Source: Octopus vulgaris (Eukaryota). Taken from it: 64,000 nucleotides of DNA. The stretch spans positions 37,076,001 to 37,140,000 of the forward strand of contig OX597838.1 in NCBI GenBank assembly GCA_951406725.2, in the 5' to 3' direction. Positions 11,557-26,135 of the stretch are shown here, piece by piece. Below the pieces are notes generated by a model. The model did no database searches. It was given only the letters and a program-made list of their open reading frames with translations, and was not told the DNA's origin. Each line of letters begins with the position of its first letter. Position 1 is the first letter of the stretch. Both the position numbers and the translations under genes were made by a program.

Positions 11557-11905
11557 TATACCATTTATATATATATATATGTATAATTATACCATTATTG
11601 AATTGATAAAAGGTGGGTTTTTTCTAACTGATATATATATATATTATATTTTGTGAAATTTGATTTAGTATTTCTAAATTGAATTTTACCCTGTAAGTTT
11701 GGAATAATATTCCCTCATATTATTATATATATATATATACACACACATATATACGACGGGCTTCTTTCAGTTTCTGTCTACCAAATCCACTCACTAGGCT
11801 TTGGTCAACCTGAGGCTATAGTAAAAGACACTTACCCAAGGTTCCACACAGTGGGACTGAACCCGGAACCATGTGGTTGGTAAGCAAGCTACTTAACACA
11901 CAGCC
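11275..11905 (-). mobile_element. SINE family A with an insertion in its internal (TA)n
   Basis: Both halves are present; 11650-11725 resembles the sequence downstream of the 7022 hammerhead (7165-7240). Confidence 0.85.
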
Positions 11906-12909
11906 TCATGCATATAGTTGCATATCTAAACATACTGATATATATTTAAATGATAAACATCTGGAAAGTTTTACAGATTTTTTCAGTTCCAGAGATTGAT
12001 TGGATCTGTAGTCTTCAAATTAGCTTTCTCCTTTCCGGTTTTGAGAAGCATGGCAGATAGAGGGTCCAACGTGTCCAACGACTGTATTGTGTCCCAGTGC
12101 CTGCTTTGGTATAGTTTCTATAGCTGGATGCACCTTCTAATGTCAACTGCTTTACAGCATGCATTGGGTGCTTTTCTCCTTCATGCTGACACTATTGCGG
12201 TTGCCATGCAGTTCACAAGGCTACGAGCCCTTGGCTCAGTTTCATGCTAGAATCACTATGAAAGAGATGGGTACTGAGCAAGTTCCTGCAGAGGGATCCA
12301 CATAGCTAATCACATCTAGTATAGGAGAAGGGACGGAAACAAAGGGAAAAAGGACCAGTAGGTGCTACAAGGCATAGATAATGGCATGCATACACGTATG
12401 AGTATGCTGAAGTTGGTGAATAAAAGGAAGTGTACTCAATACAGTTAAAGGAGTACAAAGTATCTACTATGTTCCTTACAGCTAGTATTGAATGCAGATG
12501 TGTTCTGTTTACATGAAACACATGGAATCAGCAGGATATCCTAATTGTAATTTACACAGTAAATAAAAATAGTGATATATTTGCAATATATAATGTATAT
12601 GCATATATATTATGTGTGTATCTATGAAATGATATAGCCCCTTATTGATACTACATCTTTATTCAAGGTTTCAAGCTGAGAGTATGCCAAACTGTCATCA
12701 GACGTCTTCAAGGTTTGAATTCTGCATAATTGAAAGTTTGTTGCAGGAATTTTATTTTAAACGATTTTCCATGGATATGCTTGTGTGGTGTCATTTTCTT
12801 CCTTTTCTTTTTTTTCATTTGAATTCTAAAAGGAATGGTTATTTTGGTTCATATATCTCTTTAGTGGTATTGTCTGTGTGTCAGATGTTTTTTCCTCTTA
12901 GCACTCCGT

Positions 12910-13282
12910 CGGTTACAACGACGAGGGTTCTGGTTGATCTGAATCAACGGAACAGCTGCTCGTGAAATTAATAACGTGTAAGTGGCTGAGCACTCCACAG
13001 ACATGTGTACCCTTAACGTAGTTCTCGGGGATATTCAGCGTGACACAGAGAGTGACAAGGCCGGCCCTTTGAAATACAGGTACAACAGAAACAGGTAGTA
13101 AGATTGAGAGAAAGTTATGGTGAAAAAGTACAGCAGGGATCACCACCACCGCCTGCCAGAGCCTTGTGGACCTTTAGGTGTTTTCGCTCAATAAACACTC
13201 ACAACGCCCGGTCTGGGAATCGAAACCGCGATCCTATGACTGTGAGTCCACTGCCCTAACCACTGGGCCATTGCTCCTCCAT
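12910..13282 (-). mobile_element. tRNA-derived SINE family D
   Basis: Minus-strand head has TGGCCCAGTGG (A box) and GGTTTCGATTCCC (B box); related copies at 36645-36942 and 46228-46540. Confidence 0.8.
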
Positions 13283-13734
13283 GTCAGATGTAGACTATCC
13301 AGGACACATATTTTTTGAAGACCCTCATTATTTGAAAACATCTGACTTAACCAGACAGCTATGCCTGAACTTAATATGAGTTTATAATTTTGAAACCTAT
13401 TAATTAATTAATTGATAATTCATCTCCTATCCATCTTAATGTCACATTGTTATTGGAGAACATGATACACGTTTCCATCAGGTCAGTCAGCAGATGCTTG
13501 CAATTTGAGTCACTTTAGCAGTAAACAACAGTGTAGATGCAACAAATAACACAAGATGTTTTTTTCATTACTCCAGCATAGTAAAGCTCGTGGCCTTGGG
13601 ACCAGGGTGTTGAACTGACAATCACAAGCTCACGGTTTTGATTCCTAGAGCAAGTGGTATGTTGTGTTCCTGAGCAAAACACTTCATTCCACATTCATCA
13701 AGTCACTCAAATGTAAATACATAATAATAATGGA

Positions 13735-13990
13735 AGTGCCGGTGGCACGTAAAAAGCACCATCCGATCGTGGCCGTTTGCCAGTCACGTCTGGCACCTGT
13801 GCAGGTGGCACATAAAAAGCACCCACTACACTCTCAGAGTGATTGGCGTTAGGAAGGGCATCCAGCTGTAGAAACACTGCCAGATCAGACTGGGCCTGGC
13901 GCAGCCTTCTGGCTTCCCAGACCCCAGTTGAACCGTCCAACCCATGCTAGCATCGAAAGCGGATGCTAAACGATGATGATGATGATGATG
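13735..13990 (+). mobile_element. Short element family C
   Basis: ggcgttaggaagggcatccagctgtagaaac motif and (GAT)n tail. Confidence 0.8.
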
Positions 13991-13994
13991 AATG

Positions 13995-14405
13995 GAAGTC
14001 TGTCTGGGTTCAACAATGACGTATAAGACGCCGGAGGTGGGAGCAGAACCCAAAGGCGGACATGCAGACAAGGCCACATATTGGGCATGTAACAGCAGAA
14101 GTAGGGTTGGGGATCCTCTCTTTTTGGGCTTGTTGCTTCTGGTCCAGGCCCTTGAGGCACTTTTCCTCGAACAGCCTACCACCCTTTTGGACAGCTGGAT
14201 ACCAGGCATCGCAGTCACAGGCAAACAATTCCAAGCCATGGGCAGAAATGCCGCAGGCCTCAAGGGAAGTCTTCAGGCTGTTCTTGTATCACCTCAGTGG
14301 CCTTCCAGGGTTTCTTGCTCCAGAAGCCAGCTCAGAGAGGAAGATCATCTTTGGTAAATAAGTAAATCTTTGACAAACTATCATCCCTTTCAGAGGAAAT
14401 TCTGT
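13995..14405 (-). mobile_element. RTE (BovB-like) LINE 3' fragment
   Basis: Minus ORF 14010-14234 ends CPICGLVCMSAFGFCSHLRR, a C-terminal zinc-finger pattern typical of RTE ORFs. Confidence 0.7.
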
Positions 14406-14427
14406 GATCTCGGTCTTTTATACAATA

Positions 14428-14652
14428 TACTCTTTTACTTGTTTCAGTCATTTGACCGTGGCCATGCTGGAGCACCGCCTTTAGTCGGGCAAATCGACCC
14501 CAGGACTTATTCTTTGTATGCTTAGTACTTATTCTATCTGTCTCTTTTGCCAAAACCGCTAAGTTAAGGGGACGTAACCACACCAGCATCGGTTGTCAAG
14601 CGATGTTGAGGGAACAAACACAGACACACAAACATATACACACACACATACA

Positions 14653-14687
<35 letters not shown>

Positions 14688-14845
14688 GATGGACTTCTTT
14701 CAGTTACCGTCTACCAAATCCACTCACAAGGCTTTGGTCGGCCCGAGGCTATAGTAGAAGACACTTGCCCAAGGTGCCATGCAGTGGGACTGAATCCAGA
14801 ACCATGTGGCTGGTAAGCAAGCTACTTACCACGCAGCCACCACTG
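14428..14845 (-). mobile_element. SINE family A
   Basis: Homologous to 5205-5608. Confidence 0.9.
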
Positions 14846-15404
14846 CACCGATGGAAAGAAATTGGATAATTGGCCCAAAGAAGTTTAAAACTCTAGATTG
14901 TAATGACAATGAAGTACATGTCCTCCACAATACCTAGGGTGTTGCACTGATAATCACCAGCTTGTGGTTTTGATCCTCAGGCTGGGTGGTGCATGTTTAT
15001 TTGTATGTGTGTTTGTATGTCAAAGCCTGCTGAATGGGCAATGTCTGCAATCCAAAAGGCCAAGTTGAATATATGTATATATGTATGTATATATGTATGT
15101 GTGTATGTATATCTTTATGTATTCATTTTTCTATGTATGTTTGTGTATGTATCTACATCTGCCTGAATGCGTGTGTTTAGTATACTTTTATGTCAATAAA
15201 CGTTTGCATGTCTATGCTACATGTGTGTGTGCATGTATCATTAATATCTGAGCATATGTATGCATATATGTATGTGTGTGTGTTTGTATGTATATGTATG
15301 GATTTACGTATGTATGTATATCTTTATGTATTCATGTTTCTATGTGTGTTTGTGTATGTAGCTACATCTATCTTTATGCATGTGCTACATGTGTGTGTGT
15401 GTGT

Positions 15405-15457
<53 letters not shown>

Positions 15458-16162
15458 TGTGTGTGTGTGCTCGTCTGTCTGTGAGAGTTTCTGCATGCTT
15501 GAGTGTGTATGCGTATATATACATGGCCGTTCCAGCTTCCGCTGTGACAGGTAGTCAATCATCTGAGGCCTGAAATAAGTGGTCCTCTATAACTGGGGAG
15601 GGCGGGGTGGTGGTTGTGGGCCCAACACCCACACCCTGCCCCAACAAATGTGAATGGGTGAGTGGGAATGGAGGCATGGTGGGGGTGGGAATGAAGTGAG
15701 TGAAGGAGTAAAGAGAGACACAGAACAAAACAGAATGAGCGACACATGCACACACACATACATACATACATACACACATGCATACATACATACACACATG
15801 CATACATACATACACACATATATACATATATGCATACATACATACATACACACATACATACATACATACACACATATATACATATATGCATACATACACA
15901 CATACATACATACATACATACATACATACACACATACATACATACACACATACATACGTACATACATACACACACACACACACATACATACATACTCTTT
16001 CATCTTTTAGCTTTTACTTATTTCAGTCATTAGACTGTGGCCATGCTGGGGCACCACCTCAATGAATTTTTAGTCGAGTGAATCGAACCCAGTCCTTCTT
16101 TTAATCTTTTTAAAAGCCTGGTACTTATTCTATCCCTCTCTTCTGCTGAACTGCTAAGTTAC

Positions 16163-16456
16163 AGTCATGATTCATATCGAGCCCTTCTGGGTATTAGTGC
16201 GCGTCTACGATGAGTCTACGATGTTTAAAAAAATTTACCATCATTTTTTTCCATTTTAATGCATTTTTTCGCTATTTTATAAGGGAAGTAACTCTCTAAA
16301 AATGTCTACGATGGGTCAACGATTTAAAAAAAGTTTACCATTATTTTTTTCCCATTTTTAATGCATTTTTTTGCTATTTTTTGGCTATAACTCTCTAAAA
16401 ATTCTTATATAGTTATTTCCCTTACAAACCCGAGCAATGCCGGGCGATACTGCTAG
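16163..16456 (+). mobile_element. Helitron 3' fragment
   Basis: Ends cccgagcaatgccgggcgatactgCTAG-t; body matches 54755-55045. Confidence 0.8.
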
Positions 16457-16459
16457 TGG

Positions 16460-16978
16460 TCAATAAATACTTGCCATTACATTTTTAATCCACCAAATAT
16501 GAACCATTTTGTTGCACAATGCGTCTCCATCTTTCCTTTAACTTGAAAATACCCTCTTCCCAGAATTGAGGTGGTTTCATGGCAAAGAATTCATCATGGT
16601 ATCTTTTTACTTCATCCAAAGAATTGAAATTTTTACCATTAAGACTATTCTGCAGAGACCCAAATAAGTGGAGATCCGAAGGAGCAATATCTGGTTAATA
16701 TGGAGGGTGGGGTGACACATCCTAGCCAAGCTGCAGCAATTTTTGTCTGGTTCCCAAAGCATCAAGTGCCGAAAATGAACTTTCTTATTTTCCATTTTAA
16801 AGGGTTACAGAATTAACACAGCTTCTAGGAACATAAACCTTCTTCCACGAAAAGATGGCTTAAACTGTGCTCTAAATGGAGGTGTAGTGAAATCCTATTT
16901 TATGGACTCAACCATGTTCTAAAATAAGTCAAAATGTAAGCTACTATAAATCGGCACAAACTTTCCGGACAACCCAAT
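16460..16978 (-). pseudogene. Internally deleted mariner transposon
   Basis: Minus strand reads MENKKVHFRHLMLWE joined to PHPPY*PDIAPSDLHLFGSLQNSLNGKNF, the mariner YSPDLAPSD motif with stops. Confidence 0.85.
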
Positions 16979-17907
16979 AGAATGACATATTAGGATAGTT
17001 GTGAGAGGCTGGATCTGACCAGTTTAAATGTATAACAGGTAGACTATTAGGGCCAGGTGTAGCTGGTTTAAATGCTGAAGGGTTACAAATGTCAGTATAG
17101 AAATTCAATACAATATTGAAATTCACACTGCCTTAGAAGTCATCTTGTTGTTGGCATGCACCTAGAAAAGATGCAATAGGAACTGGCCAATTGGCAAACT
17201 AATTAAAGACAAGTGCAAGCATTTCATGAAGTTACCATAATAGTGATGAAAGAGAAGGAACCTGGAAGAGCGCCGAAAATTAAGGCTAAAACTTGCTAAT
17301 TTCTAGCCAAATATTGATGCTATGATATTCACCAGCCATATTTCATATTAAATATTCCTATTATATCATTATATTCTGATTGAGTTTTTAGTTGCTATTT
17401 ATCAGTTTCGTTAAGTATTTTCAGAAACTTTTAAAAATATTTTTTCATTAAATATTGGTAATGAATCAAAAGAACAAAGGAATTATTGTTTTTAAATCAG
17501 GAAATTTTTTTGCAAATGGGTGTGGGGCTGATGTTGGTAACGATGATTCCGTAAAACGAGGCCAAAGATATAAGAAGACGGCCAATCCTCTGGTTTAAAC
17601 AGACACATTAGAGTATGACATAACGATTGGTGGAAGGAACTAGAAAGCATCAAAGAAAAACACTGAATATTTCTAAGCTCACTTTGCAACCTCATGGTTT
17701 CAGGTTCAGTCCCACTGCACAGCATCTTGCACATGGGCCTTCTACTCTAATTCCAAGCTGAACAATGCATGTGAAGTTGATCAAAAGAAACTGTATGGAA
17801 GCTTCATAATTTCTATCTATCTATCTATTTGTCTGTCTGTCTGTCTATATATATATATATATATACACACACACATACATATATATATATATATCTATAT
17901 ATATATA

Positions 17908-18975
17908 TCTATATATATAAAACTCAACTTGTGTGTCTATGTGTTTAACTTCCCGGCACATCTCCTCCTAGCCAACAAATCGTAGAACCACCAAAAATGG
18001 GTCACTTAAAGTTTAGGCAAATAAAAATTGAACTGCACTATTTCTGTTCCGAAATTCATCTTGCAAGTGCAAAAATCGATAATGTATTTGTTTAGGCCTT
18101 ATCCCATGCATTGAATAGTGAACTTTACTCAGTCAGCTGTTTGACATGAACTGTGTTCACCACATGTGCAAGCATGCGTAAATTGCATGAAAAATGAAAA
18201 ATCAAAATATAAAAACGAATCGCTGTAAACATTGTAGAAATTCGGCAAAGAAATGAATTTTCGGGATGTAGCCTGGAGGTTTTTTTAATTATTAATCCTT
18301 TGGACTTTGTGAACACATACCAATTGTTTTCATAACATTTTTAATGCTTTGAATTAAATGTGACCATTTTGCATTGAGTCTGCAGTTTGAATCACTTTAA
18401 CCAAATTTTAGCAGGCCAGATTTTTGATCATCACGATACATCGCCAGCGACTCCCTGAAACTCTCCCCTGAAATCCCCGTTGAGAAATCTATATATATAA
18501 AACTCAACTTGTGTGTCTGTGTGTTTAACTTTTGGATCTACCAAGTTTCATTATTAAGGATGGAAAGTAGTGTGTAGCAAATATATATATATATATAAAG
18601 CTGAAGTTGTCTGTGTGTGGCAGGTTTGGTAGCCTTCAACTAACACTATCTCCTTCAAGACCCTGCAGTTCAAGTTGACCAAAATTGAGAGTATGATAGA
18701 AGAAGGCTTGCTCTTCATTGTGTAGAAGATAAAGTTCAAATCGGACCATGTTAACACCAAAAATTATTTACATCAAAAAGGTGCTTTTTTTCTATGAAAT
18801 TCCTTATTTTTTACGATTTTTTTACTGCTGTGTCACCATTTTTCGATGTATTTCAAGTGGAAAAATGTTCACTTGAAGAGAATAACAAGTTGCATTAAGC
18901 AAAATTTTTACTTTTCAAAAATTCCAATTCTAAAGAGTCGAAACAAACTCAAGGAACACCGGGTGATACTGCTAG
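17908..18975 (+). mobile_element. Stack of Helitron-derived fragments
   Basis: 5' end tctatatatataaaactcaacttgtgtgtct occurs at 17908 and 18488; 3' end ccgggtgatactgCTAG-t at 18975. Confidence 0.7.
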
Positions 18976-18998
18976 TCTTCATATATATATATATGTAC

Positions 18999-19034
18999 CT
19001 TTCTGTAGAAGAGTGTAGGCTCGACACGTAAAAG
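18999..19034 (+). ncRNA. Hammerhead relic, A6U family, GAAA decayed to GACA
   Basis: CUUU CUGUAGA A GAGU-guag-GCUC GACA CG UA AAAG; the downstream ~100 bp matches the 58042 copy. Confidence 0.5.
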
Positions 19035-19129
19035 ACTTTTTCTCTTCTTGAGCGTTATACTAATATATCTGTTTATTTTCTACACCACCTGTCTTCGTCT
19101 TTGGTTTTTTTCGTGAACTCTCCCCATAT

Positions 19130-19603
19130 ATGGTGGCTGCCCCCTCGTTATTGAGTATGGCCATTGCACGAAGCTTAATCAATGTTGTTATCGTGCAAGA
19201 AGATTTTTTTAAAGTGAGGAAAGGCTGTGCACTGAGTCAATCCCACTCACTAAGCAACAGCAGTCATAATCCGAAAAGAAGAACAAGTCAACATCATCGG
19301 TAACAACCGAGCCACAGGTTTTATGTCGGAGTTATCCCAGTTACTTGACTTACCTTCTCCTAGAAGGATGCCCTAACGAAGGCTAGGAGTCCTTCACTCC
19401 CAATGGTTTAACTGCGCGATCGGGTATTCAGTCCGATTATTTCTATGTCCCCATGTATGATACAGCCTTAAGATATTTTTTGGATGGGCGTTGACTCTCA
19501 AGAGTTCCTCCGCACTTTGACAGGCTTTGTTTTTCATCCCGGAGGGTGTCCAATAAACACCCTCCTCACCAAGCAAGCTTGGTGGGGTTGCCGGTTTAGT
19601 CGC
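19130..19603 (+). mobile_element. Probable RTE-clade 5' UTR fragment
   Basis: GC-richer block with ccttctcctag...ggctaggag and ggtggggttgccggtttagtcgc, motifs recalled from RTE 5' regions; flanked by (TA)n. Confidence 0.45.
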
Positions 19604-19759
19604 ATATATATATATCTACTTATATATATATATATACATTTATATATATCAACATATATATCTACATATATATATGTCTACATATATAAATATATATATA
19701 TCTACATCTTTATATATATCTACATATATATATATATTTATATATATATATATACACGC

Positions 19760-19805
<46 letters not shown>

Positions 19806-19939
19806 ATATATATATATGTGTGCGTTTCAGAAAATCTAATACTTGTGTTAATTTGCTCAGAGTGTCAAGAGTAATACATTGGTCAAACCAAAAAGGATCT
19901 ATGCTAGATGATGACTGTACATAGATCCCTGATTTATCT

Positions 19940-20345
19940 TTTATTTGCTTCTGTCATTTGACTGCGGCCATGCTGGAGCACCGCCTTTAGTCGAACAAAT
20001 TGACCCCAGGACTTATTCTTTATAAGCCTTGTACTTATTCTATTGGTCTCTTTTGCTGAATGACTCAATTATGGGGACATAAACGCACCGACATCAGTTA
20101 TCAAGCGATGGTGGGGGGGACAAACACAGACACACAAACATACATATATACATACACACATGTATATATATATACATATATTCGACAGGCTTCTTTCAGT
20201 TTCCGTCTACCAAATCCACTCACAAGGCTTTGGTTGTCCTGAGATTCTAGTAGAAGACACTTGCCAAAGGTACCATGTAGTGGAACTGGACCCAGGACCA
20301 TGTGGTTGGTAAGTAAGCTACTTACCACACAGCTCCTCCTACGCC
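19940..20345 (-). mobile_element. SINE family A
   Basis: Homologous to 5205-5608. Confidence 0.85.
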
Positions 20346-21532
20346 AATGTATATATAATACATATATATATGTATATGTGTATATATATATTCTTTTAAT
20401 TGTTTCGGTCATTTGACTGTAGTCATGCTGGAGCACCACCTTATATATATATATGTGTGTGTGTGCATGCTTGTGTATATCTGTATGTTTGTATATATCT
20501 GCTTTCTTGTAAGTGAATTTTGATGTACAGATAAAACTATTAATGACATGTAACTATTAGTTTTACATTTTAGGGGACAGGGCTCAGCCTTTACTCATTT
20601 TATTGACCCCAAGGGGATGAAAGGCAAAGCCAACCTTGGTAAGATTTGAACTCAGAATATAAAGGTGGATGAAATTCTGCGGAAGCATTTTGCCAGGTGT
20701 AGCATGTGAATATTGGAATGTAAAACCGTTTTCGATAGTAGGAGATGTGGGTTCCAATCCCATGGGTGGCTTTCATCTTTTTCTAACCGAAAGAACATTT
20801 CAACCCAAGATGGTAGGGTGTAATTCGAGGGAAATTTTGACTGCTGTTTTCAGTATGTCAAGTGATGATGTAAAGAATCACTTGATACAGATGCTAGATT
20901 GACATTCTACTTGCAAAGCATATCAGACTTTCGAAGAGAAAATAATATAAAGAAGGAAGAAAGAAAAACGAGATTGGGAAAGAAGGAAAAAATGGAAAAA
21001 ATGCCATCATTTTGTTAGATATAAGATTTTATATCTGAGAAAAGAGGAAAAAAATAAACCATCTTTTCTCAAGGCAAACAGGGTTAATGTCTATATAGAA
21101 TGCTGGAGATTATTGTCGTTGTTGATGCTTATAATGATAATGATGTTGATGATGATGATGAAGATCATCATCATCATCAGCATCACTACTGCCGTTGTTG
21201 TTGTTGTTGTTGTTGTTGTTGTCATTGCCATAATCATTAGCAGCAGCAGCAGCAGCATCACAGTAAATCGTTGCTTCAGAGTTATAAACTGTAAATTTAT
21301 TGTAGTACTCGTATTATAGTCGTAAAAGTTCATGTAAGTACGAGGATGGGTGTATGAACTTGTTGCTCGTGGCCATTGTGTTATGACTCACTAAAAACAA
21401 CATTATCACCGTACGCACATACATACATACATTATATATATACATGCATACACACTCATATATATATATATATATAGATATATATGTATATATATATATA
21501 TATGTGTGTGTGTGTATGTATATATATATATA

Positions 21533-21563
<31 letters not shown>

Positions 21564-21612
21564 GTATGTATATATATATATATATGTATGTATGTATATA
21601 TATATATATGTG

Positions 21613-21687
<75 letters not shown>

Positions 21688-23178
21688 CTACAAGATGTTT
21701 TAATAAACTTCCACGACTGTATACGTACATATAACTTATTTATCTGTTTATTCTATGATTTATTTTCGTACAAAGACACATAAACAATAAATACACCACA
21801 TGAATGTGTAATGTTGTGTGTGTGTGTGTGTGTGAATGTATATAAAACACAAACACACACATATATTGATATATATCTATATATGTATATGTATGTATGT
21901 CTATATATATATTAATATACATACATTAATATTCGAATATATATATTTTAATATTAATATATATATATATATATATGCATATGTATATATTTATATGTGT
22001 ATATATGTATGCATGCATAGATATATTCGTATATAGATTATCATCATCATCGTCATTATTGTTATTATTATTATCATCATTATTAATCAGCTAAAGTTAC
22101 ACAGTGATTCAAAGGCAAAAAGTTGCATGCGTAGCACTTATTAATGTGTGTGTGTGTGTGTGTGTGTGATGACCATGCTTAAGTGCATGAATCAGTGAAT
22201 TATTTAGAAGTTTTTGTCTCAAAGAGATTTCTGGTTTGATCACGCCTTCCCAAACCTCAGGCAAGTGTCCTTTGCAATATCAACCTCAGATTAACTCGGC
22301 ATCTTGCGAGATCTATTTTGGCAGCTCATTGATTACATTGCTTCTGTAATCTTTTGAGACCAGCTTGATCACATTTCGTCTTCTACTGATTTTGCCCAAG
22401 TATTAAATTAAAAGTAAATGTATATCTGAAATACTCGGCCACTTATTGTTTGATACGTTGAACTGATTGATGAAACAATTATAATACTCCTGATAGAAGC
22501 CAATTGAATATCCTCTTAACAAACACTTGTATGTAAATATGGTGTGTGTGTGTGTGAACAATTAAATATGGCTGTTTGATAGGCACAGTCATTGTTATAT
22601 GGTTAAGAATTATCTTTTCCATTTATGTGGTTTCATACTATACACACTGTGTTTTGAGATTTTCTCACTTTCCCCTCATATGCCCACACCCTAATTTGTT
22701 CTCTTCCTTCTTGAAAAACTGGGGACCTATATAATCCAGAACAAACAACGTAAGCTTTGCTTGGCAGAGATGGCAAGTATCCTAAAACGTCCCTTAACTT
22801 GGAGACATTTTTAAACTCTAGGAAAGAAGTATTCAGTTAATGCCCGCATCTAAAATATTTTCCACTACAAACTTGGAATTCCCCATTTGTTGAATAGGCC
22901 CAGGACAGGTTCTTTCAATGTCATCATAGAGCTAATGTGAGATAACCCCATCCTGCTGTCAGCATGGACAATAATTTTTTTAGTTTATAAAACCAACAGA
23001 CTATTACATATTTCTTACACCAGCCTTCAACTATTTGAGTCTGATGAGTCACCTATACCACTAAACACTTTTTAGGGGTGAAAGCAGTGGTCACATATTT
23101 TATTTAAAATAGTTTGATTCAGTTGAAGTAGCATGGAAACCAAATCAAACTGTTTTATGCAATACACACTCGCATGCA

Positions 23179-23232
<54 letters not shown>

Positions 23233-23234
<2 letters not shown>

Positions 23235-24098
23235 GGGTGCAGTGTGTCTTCTAAATTACACAAAAATGAAAATAACACTAACATCTCATTTTAACAGATA
23301 GATTTACCAAAATTACATATAAATATCTTGAAATACTAGACTGTAAATTTACTTACTAAAATTGCCATTGGCTTCAACCACAACCTCCAGATGACTTCAG
23401 AATCTTCTGCAACTCTTCTGGACAGTCTCCTTGTTTACGTTGGTGAATGCTGCTGTAATCCTTGCCTTCAGTTCATCTTTAGTGATACAAAGAGTTTTGT
23501 TGGTCTTTCGCTCAACTGCACCCCACACATATTAATCAAAGGGGTTGCAGTCTGGGGAGTTAGGTGGTCAGATTTTAGAAATTGTCTGACAGCCGTGACT
23601 GGGTTCTCCCTGCTTATGTGGTATGGTGCAGAGTCCTTTTGCCAGATATAAGGGCTTCCAGCAGCCACCCTCTTGGTCCAGGGCAGCAGTACATCATCCA
23701 AGCACTTGATGTAGAACTCTGTGTTGAGTGTAAGGCCATGTGGGAAGTCAAATGGAGGCATAACGTCACCATCACTAGGGATCACTCCAAACACCATGAT
23801 GTTGACTGGATGTTTGATTTTTATCACTCTCTGTACATGTTTCGGGGAGATAGCAAGCCAACGGTTGTACTGTATGTTCATCATCTGTTCATACTGGAGT
23901 TTCCGGCATGAATGCCAAGCAGTACGGTATGTCATTTGCAAATTTCTGGCAGAGTGAATTGTGCCATGGTGCTGTTTTTCTCACAGACGGTGCCCAACTG
24001 ACCCTACTATACTGCGTAGTCAACAAAATCAAAAACAAACAATATGCATGCGGAAAATTAGAAACATAAAATGGTGACAATTTACCCAACGCACCCCA
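23233..24098 (-). pseudogene. Decayed Tc1/mariner-superfamily (maT/DD37D-like) transposon
   Basis: Termini ta-CAGGGTGC and GCACCCCA-ta; minus ORF contains KHPVNIMVFGVIPSDGDVMPP...WQKDSAPYH, a DDE/D catalytic region. Confidence 0.85.
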
Positions 24099-24119
24099 TA
24101 TGTGTATGTATATATATAT

Positions 24120-24520
24120 TCTTTTATTCATTTACTAGTTTCAATCATCTGACTGTGGCTATGCTGGAGCACCGCCTTTAGTTGAGCAAATCGACCCCAG
24201 GACTTATTCTTTGTAAGCCTAGTACTTATTCTATTAGTCTCTTTTACCAAATCACTAAGTTATGGGGACTTAAACACACCAGTATTGGTTGTCAAGCAAT
24301 GTTGGGGAGACAAACACAGACACACAAACACACACACATACATATATACATATATATATGTATATATATACATATATACAACAGGCTTCTTTCAGTTTCC
24401 ATCTATCAAATCCACTCACAAGGCTTTGGTCAGCCCTAGGCTATAGTAGAAGACACTTGCCCAAGGTGCCACAAAGTGGGACTGAACCTGGAACCATGTG
24501 GTCGGTAAACCCGGAACCAT
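24120..24520 (-). mobile_element. SINE family A
   Basis: Homologous to 5205-5608. Confidence 0.85.
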
Positions 24521-25661
24521 GTAGTTTGACATTCTGACAAGCAAAAATATTAATTTAAACCAAACTATCACACATCACAAAAAGTTATATTTGAATGTTT
24601 ACTAATATTTACACACACAAACCAAAAAAAAAAAAAAGAAGTAGAAAATTAAGATAGCAGATCAATAGAGCTTCTTAATTTAGAAACCAATACCATTCCC
24701 ACTAAGAATATAGGTGAGAGTTGAAATGTCTGCACTACAAAAACCATATTTCACTTTGAAGGATCATAAAAAATAATTACCTTAACACGCTGTCTATTAC
24801 ACCAACTGACCTTACTAAAAGTCAATTAGATATTGCTAGTCAAAGTATCTTAGACATAACAATCCTTACCATTTAAAAAGTTTTCTCCCTATCCTTAAGA
24901 AGTAATAGTATTTTGGTTATAAATTGGTACAGTAATAATACCAAAGGTCAGTATCTGTTCACTTAGTTTGTATTTATTGATTCCCTGTATTTTTATTACC
25001 AAAGATTTAATCCATAAAGGACAAATATTCCTGACAATTATGCATTCATTTGTGAACTTGATACCAAAATTACCATACAAGCAAGATGGTCTTTACTATC
25101 TTTTGTTAATATCTTACAGGAAAAGGAAAAAAAAAAATCATATTTTTTTTCTTTAGTTTCGTTATATCAAAAGATCCAAGGACTTTGGCAGAAATAGCAA
25201 TCTTTATATTCTTCTTCAGCTCTGTATTAAAATTCTACTCTGTAGGGAGTGGCATACACTGTGATGATGGCATCGCAATTCTGCGAAACAAGAAGAAGGG
25301 ACAATAAAAGTGGTGGATTTAGAATCAGTCTCATTCCCCTTTTCTGGTTTCAGTCATAGAACCGTGGCCATGCTGGGCACTGCCTTGAGGGGTTTTTAAG
25401 TCTGACACTTACTCTCCCGGGCTCTATAGTCACTCCACTATATCATATGAACGTTCACAAACACACACACACACATGATAGACTTCCACACAGTGTATGT
25501 CTCCCAAATATGCTTACAATGCATAAATCAGCAGAGGACCCTTTCCTGAGATGGCAAGCAGTGGGACTGAACCCAAAACCGTGTGGTTGCAAAGCAAGCT
25601 TCTTCCTGATACAGCTATACCTTTGTCGTTATCAATTTATTAAAAATATCAAACTCGTTAG

Positions 25662-25972
25662 TGCAGGCGTTGCTGTGTGGTAAGAAGCTTGCTTCCCAAC
25701 CACATGGTTCTGGGTTCAATCCCACTGTGTGACACCTTGGGCAAGTGTCTTCTGCTATAGCCTCAGGCCAGCCAAAGCCTTGTGAGTGGATTCGGTAGAC
25801 GGAAACTGAGAGAAGCCTGTCGTATATACTCTTTACTTGTTTCAGTTATTTGACTGTAGCCATACTGGAGGACCGCCTTTAGTTGACCAAATTGACTCCA
25901 GGACTTATTCTTTGTAAGCCTAGTACTTATTTTATCAGTCTCTTTTGCCGAACCTCTAAGTTACGGGGACAT
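25662..25972. mobile_element. SINE family A head (+) joined to an inverted family A tail (-)
   Basis: Head 25662-25826 on plus, tail 25828-25972 on minus. Confidence 0.75.
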
Positions 25973-26101
25973 GCTAATGTTTCTGCCTAGGTGCCAACTC
26001 TTATAAATTACAAAATACTAGCATAAAAGAAACTGGGTCAATCAAAGTCATATGAGTGGATTTTATAGAGGGAAACTGAAAGAAGCCCATATTATATTAT
26101 A

Positions 26102-26135
<34 letters not shown>

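Noticed and set aside
12660-12705. CTGATGA...GAAA on the minus strand
   Set aside because: No stem I or III pairing; it lies in a LINE-like fragment similar to 4830-4980.
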